Below are positions 38,502 through 48,555 of a stretch of 64,000 nt of DNA, piece by piece. The stretch covers positions 256,001 through 320,000 of the forward strand of contig JBGAHS010000007.1 of assembly GCA_044226015.1 (NCBI GenBank), in the 5' to 3' direction. Position 1 is the stretch's first letter. Every line of letters begins with the position of its first letter. The notes under the pieces are model-generated. The model saw only the letters and a program-made list of their open reading frames with translations, had not been told where the DNA came from and did not search any database. Both the position numbers and the translations under genes were made by a program. The stretch comes from Candidatus Obscuribacteraceae bacterium. GTDB taxonomy: Bacteria; Cyanobacteriota; Vampirovibrionia; Obscuribacterales; Obscuribacteraceae.

Positions 38502-41500
38502 ATGAACTGGAATATTTCAGCCTGGTGCATTCGGAATCCAATTCCTCCAATAGTGCTGTTCTTGCTGCTAACCGTAGCAGGCATCTCGGCGCTCATGAGT
38601 TTGGGAATAGAAAGCAATCCGAACGTGGACATGCCGTCTGTTTCCGTGAATGTTGGACAGAATGGTGCCGCTCCGCTTGAAATAGAAACTCAGATCACCA
38701 GAAAGATCGAAGATGCGGTTGCAGGTATAGCAAATGTCAAACATGTAAATTCGACTATCAATACTGGAATCTCAAGTACTGACATAACCTTCGAATTAGG
38801 AACAAACAGTGACCGTGCTGTCAGCGATGTACGAGAAGCCGTGACGCGCATTCGCGGGCAACTCCCTCGTGGTGTGGATGAGCCTTCCGTAACTCGGCAA
38901 GAGTTCGTGAATGATGGCGGTTTGACTTACACAATTTCTTCTAGCAAGCGAACCGCCATGGAGCTGTGTTCGCTCATTGAAACAACTATAACAAGGTCTA
39001 TGTTAGCAAAGCCGAGCATCGGTCAGGCAAGCCGCTTCGGTGGTGTGTACAGGCAGGTTAATGTAGACCTCGACCCGGTTCGGCTGGAAGCCTTCGGAAT
39101 TACAGCAGATACCGTGAATACGCAGTTAAAAGCTCTGAATGTCAATCTGCCAGGTGGACGCGGTGATGTAGGTGCAGCAGAAGAATCAATAAGAACACTA
39201 GGTAGCGTGTCAACTGTTGAAGAGTTGAAGAAAACACGAATCATCATTCCTGGCAAAAGATGGGTTGAGTTAGGCAGCCTTGGTACCATCACTGATGGAA
39301 CATCTGAAACACGTGCTTTGTTTCTTGTAAATGGAAAACCTCAGATTGGGCTCGATGTTCAGCGTCGCAGGGGCAAAAATGTTGTAGACACCGACAACGA
39401 TGCTGAGACTGTCGTCAAAGACCTGGAAAAGAAATTTCCGGACTTAACCTTTACGAAATTGTGGGGCTCGGCTAAGTACGTCAAAGAGTCATGCTCTGCG
39501 ACTTTTGAAGCAATGATTTTGGGAGCCGTACTTGCAGTAATAGTCATTTTTCTGTTTTTGCGAGACTGGCGGGCTGCACTCATTTCGGCATTCGCGATGC
39601 CATTATCAGTGATACCAACATTCGCCTTTATGCAGGCGATGAATTTTACTTTGAATGATATGTCGCTTCTCGGGCTAGCCCTGGTGATAGGTATTCTTGT
39701 TGATGACGCGATTGTTGAAATCGAGAATATCGTCAGGCACATGAATCTTGGCAAAAAGCCATATGATGCATCCATTGATGCCGCTGACGAGATAGGTCTT
39801 GCGGTCATCGCTACTACTATGGCTGCTGTGGTTGTGTTCTTACCAGTGGCATTCATGGGAGGCATTTCCGGACTGTTCTTCAGGCAGTTTGGATGGACTG
39901 TTTCAGTGGCGGTTTTTTGCTCATTGCTAGTTGCTCGTCTAATCACCCCACTCATGGCGGCTTACATGCTGAAACCGCACAAAGAGCACGACGGTACAGG
40001 TTGGTTTGCTTCTTTCTATGATCGAATTTTGACAATCGCCCTGCGCCATCGATTTGCGACTGTTGTGCTTGGTTCAATCTGCTTTGGTGCCAGTGTCGCT
40101 TTATTTCAAGCCCTACCAACTTCACTTGTTGCAAGAATTGATAACAGTCACTCTTCCGTCAGAGTTGAGCTACCTCCAGGTAGCCAATTGAAGGACACCG
40201 CCAGGGTGATTGAGCACATTTCAGACCTCGCAAGTAAGCGTCCAGAGGTTGAACGTGTCTTCGCCCTTGCTGGGCAGGGAGACACGAGTAAGGGTTTTGT
40301 CAGCATTACGCTTAAGCCAAAGGATAAACGCAAATTGAGCCAGGACGAATTCGAAGATTCGTTTCGTCCTGAAATTGTAAACACGCCCGGAGCCAAAGTG
40401 CTTTTCGGAGGCGGCTGGGGCTCAGGTCGTGTTGAAGTAATGCTGACGAGTTTTGATAGCGGTGCCTTACAGAAAACTGCGCAAGATCTTGAAAATGAAA
40501 TGCGCACATTGCCGCAGCTGACCGATGTAAAATCTAGCGCTCAAACAGCCAAGCCTGAAATCGTAATAGTTCCAGATACCGCAAGAGCCGCAGAGCAGGG
40601 CGTTTCTGTTGAATCAATCGCGCGTACGGCGATTATTGCTACTCTTGGAGATAATGACGCAAACTTACCAAAATTCGATTTGAGCGACCGTCAGATCCCA
40701 ATTGTTGTGCGGTTGGCTCCTGAGTTTCGTGAAAAAATGTCGGTGATCAAAGGCTTGAAAGTCGCTGGAAATGACGGAAAGCTGGTGCCCCTAAGCAGTG
40801 TCGCTGAAGTAAAGCTCGATACTGGAATTTCCTCAATTGAGCGCTATGACAGGGCCCGTCAAATTCACATTAGCGCTAAGTTTGGTGCCAAGACTAGTTT
40901 GAGTGAAGCATTGAACCTCATTCATAACTTGCCTGCTTATAAATTCATGCCTCCTTCCATTTCTGACCATCCAACTGGCGATGTGGAGGAGCAGCAAGAT
41001 ATGTTTGGTGGATTTGGCTATGCCATATTTACAGGCGTTTGCCTGATTTATGGTGTCCTGGTTCTTCTATTTCGTGGCTTTCTGCAGCCTTTCACTATCA
41101 TGATGTCTCTGCCTCTTTCTCTGGGTGGTGCTCTTCTGGGTCTCTGGCTCCTTTCCAAGCCTATTGATATGTATGCCCTCATCGGAATTGTGATGCTTAT
41201 GGGTCTTGTCACCAAAAACGCAATTCTGCTCGTTGAATATTGCCTTGTGCAGATGAATGAAGGACTGAGTAGAAAGGAAGCCATCTACCTGGCCGGACGG
41301 ACTAGAATGCGCCCGATTATTATGACCACAACAGCAATGATTGCAGGTATGATGCCCATCGCTGTTGGCTTTGGTGCTGGAGCTGAAGCACGTGCGCCCA
41401 TGGCGATAGCGGTGGTAGGTGGATTATTTATGTCAACCATTTTGACACTACTTGTAGTGCCAGTTGTTTTCACGTACATGGATGATTTCCAAAATTGGCT

Positions 41501-41573
41501 GAAGTCCTGTGTCAAATCAGGAGAGTCGCAATCTGAAGTCGAAACTCCTGAGAAAGAGCCATCGCTTAAATAG
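38502..41573 (+). CDS. RND efflux permease (AcrB/AcrD/AcrF family)
   Basis: GILVDDAIVEIEN, GLVTKNAILLVE, RMRPIIMTT. Confidence 0.96.
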   Translation: MNWNISAWCIRNPIPPIVLFLLLTVAGISALMSLGIESNPNVDMPSVSVNVGQNGAAPLEIETQITRKIEDAVAGIANVKHVNSTINTGISSTDITFELGTNSDRAVSDVREAVTRIRGQLPRGVDEPSVTRQEFVNDGGLTYTISSSKRTAMELCSLIETTITRSMLAKPSIGQASRFGGVYRQVNVDLDPVRLEAFGITADTVNTQLKALNVNLPGGRGDVGAAEESIRTLGSVSTVEELKKTRIIIPGKRWVELGSLGTITDGTSETRALFLVNGKPQIGLDVQRRRGKNVVDTDNDAETVVKDLEKKFPDLTFTKLWGSAKYVKESCSATFEAMILGAVLAVIVIFLFLRDWRAALISAFAMPLSVIPTFAFMQAMNFTLNDMSLLGLALVIGILVDDAIVEIENIVRHMNLGKKPYDASIDAADEIGLAVIATTMAAVVVFLPVAFMGGISGLFFRQFGWTVSVAVFCSLLVARLITPLMAAYMLKPHKEHDGTGWFASFYDRILTIALRHRFATVVLGSICFGASVALFQALPTSLVARIDNSHSSVRVELPPGSQLKDTARVIEHISDLASKRPEVERVFALAGQGDTSKGFVSITLKPKDKRKLSQDEFEDSFRPEIVNTPGAKVLFGGGWGSGRVEVMLTSFDSGALQKTAQDLENEMRTLPQLTDVKSSAQTAKPEIVIVPDTARAAEQGVSVESIARTAIIATLGDNDANLPKFDLSDRQIPIVVRLAPEFREKMSVIKGLKVAGNDGKLVPLSSVAEVKLDTGISSIERYDRARQIHISAKFGAKTSLSEALNLIHNLPAYKFMPPSISDHPTGDVEEQQDMFGGFGYAIFTGVCLIYGVLVLLFRGFLQPFTIMMSLPLSLGGALLGLWLLSKPIDMYALIGIVMLMGLVTKNAILLVEYCLVQMNEGLSRKEAIYLAGRTRMRPIIMTTTAMIAGMMPIAVGFGAGAEARAPMAIAVVGGLFMSTILTLLVVPVVFTYMDDFQNWLKSCVKSGESQSEVETPEKEPSLK

Positions 41574-41661
41574 AATGCTGATGTATGCGGAAATCCAATT
41601 GTAATGTTGGATTTTTTTGAGGCAGTATGGTTCTATCGTCTGCCTTTGACTTCGGTGCGTT

Positions 41662-42063
41662 ATGCCAATTTCCCTCGCGCAGAAAAAAGTCGTAGCCTTT
41701 TCGGTTGCCGGAGCTAGCTCGGCGCTGGGACTGTCTGCGTTGATTTGGTTTGTTGACCCTATGAATTTGTCACCAATAAAAGTGGCTGCGCTTCTACTTG
41801 TCGTAGTGTCTAGCTGGCTTTGTTTCGACAATGGACGAGATACAGGTTTAAGCGATCGAAGCATAAGTGATGACCGCGGGTTCTTGCTTCTCTTGCCCTT
41901 TGTATTGGCATTCACTGCAAGCGTACTTATCTTCGCCTATATGTTCTGCCTTGCAAAACTTATTTTGCTCTGGATTTCAACGATGGGGCTATTCCTCTAC
42001 GGCTATTATCTTGGTCGCTCAGGTTTTGATTTTTGGACGTTCAAAATCACTCGTAAAATCTAA
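41662..42063 (+). CDS. Small 4-TM membrane protein
   Basis: Four hydrophobic segments. Confidence 0.6.
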   Translation: MPISLAQKKVVAFSVAGASSALGLSALIWFVDPMNLSPIKVAALLLVVVSSWLCFDNGRDTGLSDRSISDDRGFLLLLPFVLAFTASVLIFAYMFCLAKLILLWISTMGLFLYGYYLGRSGFDFWTFKITRKI

Positions 42064-42081
42064 GCTGTCTCGTTTGCACGC

Positions 42082-45000
42082 CTAGACAGCTACCGGATTT
42101 ACCAGAACCTTGGCCGAGTTAACGAAGTTTTTCTGGATGTCGATGCTCAAAGCTTCGCTTGCATTTACCCAGAACTGGCACCCTACGAGAATGGCCTGGC
42201 TTCTCTTTCCTTGAGGGAAATGCAGAAGTACCGGGTCGTCCCCTTTGTGCAAAGTAAGAATATGCTTGAGTTTATGCAGATCAGTAAAGGACTGATCTTG
42301 ATTGAAGAAGATGTTCACCAGGTTTGCGTCCGCTATTCGTCGCACGGAAGTTACTGAGACAGAGGTTGATTCATCGCCCTTGCGAATCTTACCTTTAATA
42401 AGCAAAAGAGATTGTGGCACCAAAATACTGGTGTCGATTTTCTCAAGAATGTCACCGAATGCCACTGCCTCGCAGCGTCCGGTCAAGTCTTCCAGATGGA
42501 TGATAGCAAGCAGCTTGTTGGTCTTTGTGAGTTTGCGTTCGATGCCACCCGCCAAACCACCAATAATTACTGAAGAACCGTCAGATGCCTCTCCGATGTC
42601 TCGGCAGGTATGCGTGGTGAGCCAGCGCAATCGGTTTGCCACGCGTTTTAATGGGTGGCTGGTTACGTAGAATCCCAGCAATTCATGTTCGAGATGCTGT
42701 AGTTCGTGCTCAGAAAATTCCCCGGGGTCTCCTTTGAGAGCAGTAGCTGTTTCAGCCAATGCTTCTGCACCAGCCATACTGAACAGGCTTATTTGGCCGC
42801 TTGCCTGCTGACTTTGTCTGCGGCTGGCTCCTTCAACCATGGAGTCAAGATTGGCAAGTGCCTGCTTTCTCGATACGCCAAGACTTACGCAGGCACCGCA
42901 CTTAATTAGTGCTTCAAGCGCCTTCTTACCAACAACGCGCAAGTCGATTTGTGCAAGCAAATCGGGGAAGGATGCGAACTTACCTTTCAATTCGCGCTTT
43001 GCCACAATTTCTTCAACTGCGGCTTCCCCGCAGTTTCTTACCGCGCCCATTCCGAACCTTATCGAGTTGCCGTCAGCCGTGAAGTCTCTACCAGAAACGT
43101 TAACGTCAGGGGGCAAAATGTCGATGCCCATTTGTTGGCATTCTGCGATATATCCCTGCACCTTATCTTTTTCGCTGGCCACACTTGTAAGCAGTGCAGT
43201 CATGTATTCGACTGGATAGTGTGTTTTTAAGTATGCCGTTTGATAAGTCAGAAAGGCATATGCCTGACTGTGCGACTTGTTGAAGCAGTATTCCGCAAAC
43301 TGTACCATCATGTCAAAGAGTTGGTTTGCAACCTGTTCTTTGATGTTGTTTTTGACGCAGCCTCCCACGAAAATTTCGCGCTGTTTCTCCATTTCGTCGG
43401 GTTTTTTCTTACCCATCGCGCGGCGCAGCAAGTCTGCTTGTCCGAGGCTATACCCTCCGAGGTACTGCGCAATCTGCATAACCTGCTCTTGATACACGAT
43501 TTGACCGTAGGTATCTTTGAGAATCGGAGCGAGCTCAGGAGTCATGTAAGTAATCGGAGTTTTCCCGTTCTTACAGTCGATGAATTTTTCGATCATTCCT
43601 GAATCAAGCGGACCCGGTCTATAGAGCGCGATTAGGGCTGAAAGGTCTTCAATTCCAGTTGGCTTCATGTCTCGAGCCACCTGTTTCATACCTGCGGAAG
43701 TTTCTAACTGGAATATCCCTGCAAGGTCTCCGTTACTGATGGTTCGAAAAGTCGCTTCATCGTCAATTGGTATTTTGAGGGGGTCTATCTCAATGCCGTG
43801 AATATGCTTGATGATTTGAATTGCTCTGTCGATCATCGTCAAGTTACGAAGACCGAGGAAGTCCATTTTCACGAGTCCGACGTATGCGCAATCTTCCATG
43901 TAGAACTGCGCAATGATTGTGCCGTCGTTATTCCTTTGAAGCGGCACTAGTTCTTGCATCGGTACGTCTGAAATGACTACACCAGCTGCGTGCATGCCGA
44001 AGGTTCTGTTGACACCTTCCAGCTTAAGCGCCAGGTCGATTACTTGTCGGGTTTCCTCGTCCGAGTTGTAAGCCTTCTTGAAGTCGGGATGGTCTGTGAC
44101 CATTTCCTCAAGTGGCGTTGGTTTGCCACGAACTACAGGCACCATTTTTGCAAGTTTTGTTGACTCTGAAAGCGGATATTGCAGTACTCTGGCAACGTCT
44201 TTGATAACTGCTTTACTGGTCATACGGTTGAATGTCACAATTTGTGCCACGTGGTCTTCACCGTATTTTTCAGACACGTACTTAATGACGCGGTCGCGCC
44301 GTTCGATACAGAAGTCGGTATCAATATCTGGCATCGACTTTCTTTCGGGATTCAGGAATCTCTCAAAAAGTAGATTGTATTTAATTGGGTCGATATCGGT
44401 AATTCCCAGCGCATATGCAACCAGGCTTCCCGCTGCTGAACCGCGTCCTGGTCCTACTGGAATGCCGTTCTTTCTTGCATAGTTGATGAAATCTTGAACG
44501 ATTAAGAAGTAAGAGCTGAAGTTCAAGTCGATAATAACTTTAAGTTCGATTCGTGCACGCTCTTCAATTTCGGGTGTAAGAACTCCATAACGTTCTTTAA
44601 TTCCCTCGAAGACCAGAAGGTCGAGAAAAGAGTGGTCTGTATGGCCTGCCGGAACTTCGAAAACAGGAAGTCGAGGATCTCCCCCGAGCTTTATGGCTTC
44701 TATTTTATCGGCAATCTCTAATGTGCTTGTGATTGATTCTTCAATGAATTCATCATCAAGGTGGTCTCGGAAAAGCCACCACATTTCATCGCCGTTCTTG
44801 ATGTATTCCCAACCGGTGAATTTCATACGGTTGGTATCCATGACCTGCTTGCCCATCGAGATGCAGAGCATCGCATCGTGCGCCATGGCATCGTCTTTGC
44901 AGGTGAAATGGCTATCGTTGGTGCATGCGAGTTTAATTCCAAGTTCGCGTGCAATTTTGACGAGCGGAATGTTTACTTTGCGATCTTCCCATTGTCCATG

Positions 45001-45531
45001 GTCCTGAATTTCTATGTAGTAGTGTTCGCCAAAGGTCTCTTTGTACCAGCTTGCAATTTTCTTGGCGCCCTCATAATCATCTGCGAGCAAATGTTGGCAA
45101 AGTTCAGCGCCAAGGCAACCAGAGAGAACAATCAAGCCCTCTTTGTGCTCTTCCAGAAGGGCGTGGTTCATTCGTGGCTTATAGTAATAGCCATCAAGAT
45201 GGGCTTGCGAACATAGTTTGATCAGGTTCTTGTAGCCTGCCGGATTCCGGGCAATAAGAGTGATGTGATAGATTGGAACTTTTGTCTTCTTATCTCGGAT
45301 ATCGCCATGGATCATGTATCCTTCCATGCCGAGAATAGGTTTTATGCCACCGATTTCTTTGCAAACCTTGGTCAATTCTATGGCACCATACATGACACCA
45401 TGGTCAGTCATGGCCACGGCAGGCATATTTTCTGCCTTCGCCTTTTTGACCAGGGCTTTCATGGTGGTGGCACCATCTAAAAGGCTGTATTCAGTGTGAA
45501 GATGCAAAGGAACGTATGGACGCGGACTCAT
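42082..45531 (-). CDS. dnaE: DNA polymerase III alpha subunit, intact and intein-free
   Basis: PHP HLHTEYSLLDG, GRGSAAGS, MPDIDTDF, KMDFLGL, FNKSH. Confidence 0.98.
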   Translation of the reverse strand: MSPRPYVPLHLHTEYSLLDGATTMKALVKKAKAENMPAVAMTDHGVMYGAIELTKVCKEIGGIKPILGMEGYMIHGDIRDKKTKVPIYHITLIARNPAGYKNLIKLCSQAHLDGYYYKPRMNHALLEEHKEGLIVLSGCLGAELCQHLLADDYEGAKKIASWYKETFGEHYYIEIQDHGQWEDRKVNIPLVKIARELGIKLACTNDSHFTCKDDAMAHDAMLCISMGKQVMDTNRMKFTGWEYIKNGDEMWWLFRDHLDDEFIEESITSTLEIADKIEAIKLGGDPRLPVFEVPAGHTDHSFLDLLVFEGIKERYGVLTPEIEERARIELKVIIDLNFSSYFLIVQDFINYARKNGIPVGPGRGSAAGSLVAYALGITDIDPIKYNLLFERFLNPERKSMPDIDTDFCIERRDRVIKYVSEKYGEDHVAQIVTFNRMTSKAVIKDVARVLQYPLSESTKLAKMVPVVRGKPTPLEEMVTDHPDFKKAYNSDEETRQVIDLALKLEGVNRTFGMHAAGVVISDVPMQELVPLQRNNDGTIIAQFYMEDCAYVGLVKMDFLGLRNLTMIDRAIQIIKHIHGIEIDPLKIPIDDEATFRTISNGDLAGIFQLETSAGMKQVARDMKPTGIEDLSALIALYRPGPLDSGMIEKFIDCKNGKTPITYMTPELAPILKDTYGQIVYQEQVMQIAQYLGGYSLGQADLLRRAMGKKKPDEMEKQREIFVGGCVKNNIKEQVANQLFDMMVQFAEYCFNKSHSQAYAFLTYQTAYLKTHYPVEYMTALLTSVASEKDKVQGYIAECQQMGIDILPPDVNVSGRDFTADGNSIRFGMGAVRNCGEAAVEEIVAKRELKGKFASFPDLLAQIDLRVVGKKALEALIKCGACVSLGVSRKQALANLDSMVEGASRRQSQQASGQISLFSMAGAEALAETATALKGDPGEFSEHELQHLEHELLGFYVTSHPLKRVANRLRWLTTHTCRDIGEASDGSSVIIGGLAGGIERKLTKTNKLLAIIHLEDLTGRCEAVAFGDILEKIDTSILVPQSLLLIKGKIRKGDESTSVSVTSVRRIADANLVNIFFNQDQSFTDLHKLKHILTLHKGDDPVLLHFPQGKRSQAILVGCQFWVNASEALSIDIQKNFVNSAKVLVNPVAV

Positions 45532-46061
45532 CTCGTACTCCGAATTGCTGCTGACGCTGTCTCGCGCAGGGCGAGATAGCGAGTGTATATATCAGTATGA
45601 CGCTATAGCTATTTTATCGCTCACTAATCTCTATAACGTAAATCGGCAGCAGGAAGTTCAAAATATGCGCATTAATTCTAAATCGATCAGTTTCTAAGTG
45701 GCCGATTTGTCAGATTTCAGCGTCATAAAACGGGTTGTTAAATCTGCTCTGGGGTACCGCAATGGGATGTCAGTTTTTGTGTGGCTGTAAAGGGGCCGAG
45801 TAGTGGTTATCGAACATGACGTGTCGAATGGCACAAAATTTGTATTGATGCTCATGAGGAAAATGAATTCATTGGCATCGTATTTGGTGCCGGCGAGTTT
45901 ATTTGACAGAATTGAGGCGATGACCATCACTTCGTGTGAAGTGCGGTATGGACGCCGCGCGTCGTGCCGGCGCTGGCTGTAGACCCTGCCTGCTGGCGGT
46001 CTCCGGAAGCCTCCTGCGATATTGGGCGAGGTTTTACTCTTGCGGAATTATGCAGTTCTAA

Positions 46062-46127
46062 TACGTAATTACCACATCTGAGGACACAAGAATTTCACGA
46101 ATCGCGCTTAACTTGAACTCATTCAAG
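46062..46127 (+). promoter_or_regulatory. Conserved upstream element, copy 1
   Basis: About 51/66 identical to 48397-48461 by manual alignment; half-sites every 11 bp. Confidence 0.7.
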
Positions 46128-46129
46128 AA

Positions 46130-46425
46130 AACGAAACAGTTTTTTTTGAATTACAGAACTGTTCAAAACACAGTTTCTTCAGAGGATTCGCCCGTTTCAA
46201 AGTTGACCGTTTCTGCTCCCTCCTAAACAGTCAACTTTAAAACAGACGAAAAAAGGAAACGAGACAATTGCGACCATTTGACAGGTCGTCATTGTAAATC
46301 AGCTAATCATGCTGGTTTTGCTCGTGCATGTACGAAGTAAAAACTGCTTCTGCCAGTGCTTCGTGATTAAGATGATTGAGTAGGTCACCATTTGTGATAC
46401 CAGGGGTCTATTCAATTTCATTAGG
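46130..46425. ncRNA. Candidate structured RNA or long leader (multiple hairpins)
   Basis: Six consecutive stem-loops, several with G-U pairs; no credible ORF. Confidence 0.4.
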
Positions 46426-46500
46426 TCTCAAATTACTCAAAATTTGCCTCCTCTCAGCTTCATCAATAGCTCGTTCACCTCACTCATCGAACCAAAAAAG

Positions 46501-46690
46501 AGTCCGTCCACCCCAATTCTGTATCTTTCAAGCGTTCGATGTCGGTTTTTCGATCCACCTGAATAGTCCGTCCACCCCCATGTTCGAACCATTCTAATAG
46601 TCCGTCCACCCCACAACGGTCCACCCATTAGTTCGTCCACCCCCATGTTCGAACTGTCCGTTCACCCTAATGTTCGTTCTTCCACCTAAG
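46501..46690. repeat. Degenerate direct repeats AGTCCGTCCACCCC
   Basis: Copies near 46501, 46566, 46599, 46630 and 46656 plus fragments. Confidence 0.8.
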
Positions 46691-46797
46691 ACTTCATGTT
46701 GGATTCGCAGCACCCCCCAAGGTGAATCCATTCCGCCCAATGGCTCATGTACAGCGATAAGGTTCGCGTGTGCAAGGCAGGAACTGGAGAATACAAA

Positions 46798-48204
46798 ATG
46801 ACTCACGAATTTGAAGAAAGCAAAAACGATAACACGCGCCACGCACTGGTCGATTTCCTAGATCAGAAGCCCGACTACTCGCGCTCTTTTGACCCCTATG
46901 ATATGTACAGAGGTATCCAGGCAGTTTCCCAGATAGTGGGACGCTCGGACTCTGGTCGCTCACCATCAGACCCTGCACGCATTCCCGATAATGTTGAATG
47001 CGTGGGTGGACAATGCGTAGCTCTCTCTTTGGATGATGCGGCTAAGGAGATGGCTAAGATTTCTGAATCTGCCAACAGAGTGAGTGTTACAGATCACTCG
47101 AATCTTCCAGACAATGTTGAGTGTGTCGGTAATGAATGCCGCGTTCTCAGCCCAGAAGAATTGGCGCAGGAGAAAGCGAAGCTGGCGGGATATCCAGCCG
47201 TTGAGATAACGCAGAATCCCACGCTTCCAGACAATGTCAAATGTGTAGGCAATGAGTGCCGAGAAATGTCACCGACGGAAGCTGCAGCCGAGCGAGCCAA
47301 GATGCATGCTGCGGGAAACAACTTCGAAGTTTATATGCCTAAGGGACAGATTCCAGACAATGTTGTTTGTATTGGAGGCGAATGCCGAATTCTCACTCCA
47401 GAGGAAATCGCAGACGAGAGAGCCAGGTACGAAAGTGCATCTCATGCAGCTTGCTCTTGTGTCAACTGTCACATCCCTGAAAACGTTAAGTGTATTGGAA
47501 ACGAATGTGTTCAGCTCACTCCTGAACAAGTCGCAGCCGAAAAAGCCGGTCTTCTTTCAAATGGCGATGGCAACGTACATATCTCAAGCTGTTGCAAGAT
47601 ACCTGATAATGTTGTTTGTATTGGCGGCGAGTGCAGAGTCCTAACTCCTGAGGAATTGTCGCAAGAACGTGCAAAAATGAAAGGCGCAAGTGAACATGTT
47701 TGCTCTTGCTGTCGAGTGCCAGACAATGTTGAATGCATTGGCGACCAATGCCGAGTTCTATCGCCAGAAGAAATGCAAGCAGAGAAAGAAAGGCTTCGTG
47801 CTGCTGGCGGTTCCGTCAGTATCAGTTCTTGCAAAATTCCAGATAATGTTGAGTGTGTTGGAAACGAATGTCGAGTTCTTAGCCCAGAAGAAGTTGCTGC
47901 AGAGCGCGCCAAGATTGCTGCTTCTGAAAACAAGTACAACAAAGATGCCTGTGAGACACAAACCCCATCCAACGTGGAGTGTGTCGGAGATGAGTGCCGA
48001 CCACTTTCTCCAAAAGAGGCAGTTTCCGAGCGCTTACGCTTGCGTTCCCTTGGTGGCAAAAAGGTTCAAGTAAATCATGAAGCCATTCCAGAAAATGTTG
48101 AGTGTGTAGGCAATGAGTGCTATGAGCTGACCCCTCCACAGATGGCTGCAGAGCGGGCACGAGTCCATGCTGCTAAAGAAGTCTCCTGGTGGCTGAAACT
48201 ATAG
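46798..48204 (+). CDS. Protein of ten ~40-aa PDNVxCxGxxC repeats, function unknown
   Basis: GGAG RBS before ATG 46798; repeats counted directly; own terminator. Confidence 0.85.
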   Translation: MTHEFEESKNDNTRHALVDFLDQKPDYSRSFDPYDMYRGIQAVSQIVGRSDSGRSPSDPARIPDNVECVGGQCVALSLDDAAKEMAKISESANRVSVTDHSNLPDNVECVGNECRVLSPEELAQEKAKLAGYPAVEITQNPTLPDNVKCVGNECREMSPTEAAAERAKMHAAGNNFEVYMPKGQIPDNVVCIGGECRILTPEEIADERARYESASHAACSCVNCHIPENVKCIGNECVQLTPEQVAAEKAGLLSNGDGNVHISSCCKIPDNVVCIGGECRVLTPEELSQERAKMKGASEHVCSCCRVPDNVECIGDQCRVLSPEEMQAEKERLRAAGGSVSISSCKIPDNVECVGNECRVLSPEEVAAERAKIAASENKYNKDACETQTPSNVECVGDECRPLSPKEAVSERLRLRSLGGKKVQVNHEAIPENVECVGNECYELTPPQMAAERARVHAAKEVSWWLKL

Positions 48205-48268
48205 ATTCTATGCAAATCCGGAAAGCAGGCTGGCTGCCAGTCAAAACATATCCGGAACGCATTGAAAT

Positions 48269-48310
48269 AAGCGGAGGCAGTTGCTCCCCAGTTCTGCCTC
48301 CGCTTTTTGT
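48269..48310 (+). terminator. Intrinsic terminator
   Basis: AAGCGGAGGCAG-N13-CTGCCTCCGCTT-TTTGT. Confidence 0.85.
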
Positions 48311-48396
48311 TTTCGCAGCTTTGCGTGGCATGTATGTCTATGCACTGCAAACTAAACAATTACGCAGTTTAACCCCACATATTTAAGTGAAACGAG

Positions 48397-48461
48397 TACG
48401 TAATTCCCCCATACGTGTCACAAGAATTCCACAAATAGAACTTAACTTTAACTCATCGAAG
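48397..48461 (+). promoter_or_regulatory. Conserved upstream element, copy 2
   Basis: CACAA/CACAA/CTTAA/CTCAT at 48419/48430/48441/48452. Confidence 0.7.
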
Positions 48462-48555
48462 GTTGATCGGTGTTCTGGGACTGTCGCTGTTGTTGAGTTG
48501 AGCTGCTTTAAGGGCTCGATTCCCGCTCTCATGCCGGCCTGGAGAAACCTAATAA

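Noticed and set aside
42082..45531. Intein in dnaE
   Set aside because: The length is ordinary (1149 aa) and no splicing motifs were found.
45694..45930. 78-aa minus-strand ORF upstream of dnaE
   Set aside because: No RBS or recognisable motif; not supportable as a gene.
46501..46690. Degenerate CRISPR array
   Set aside because: The repeat is only about 14 bp, spacing is irregular, and the spacers share sequence.
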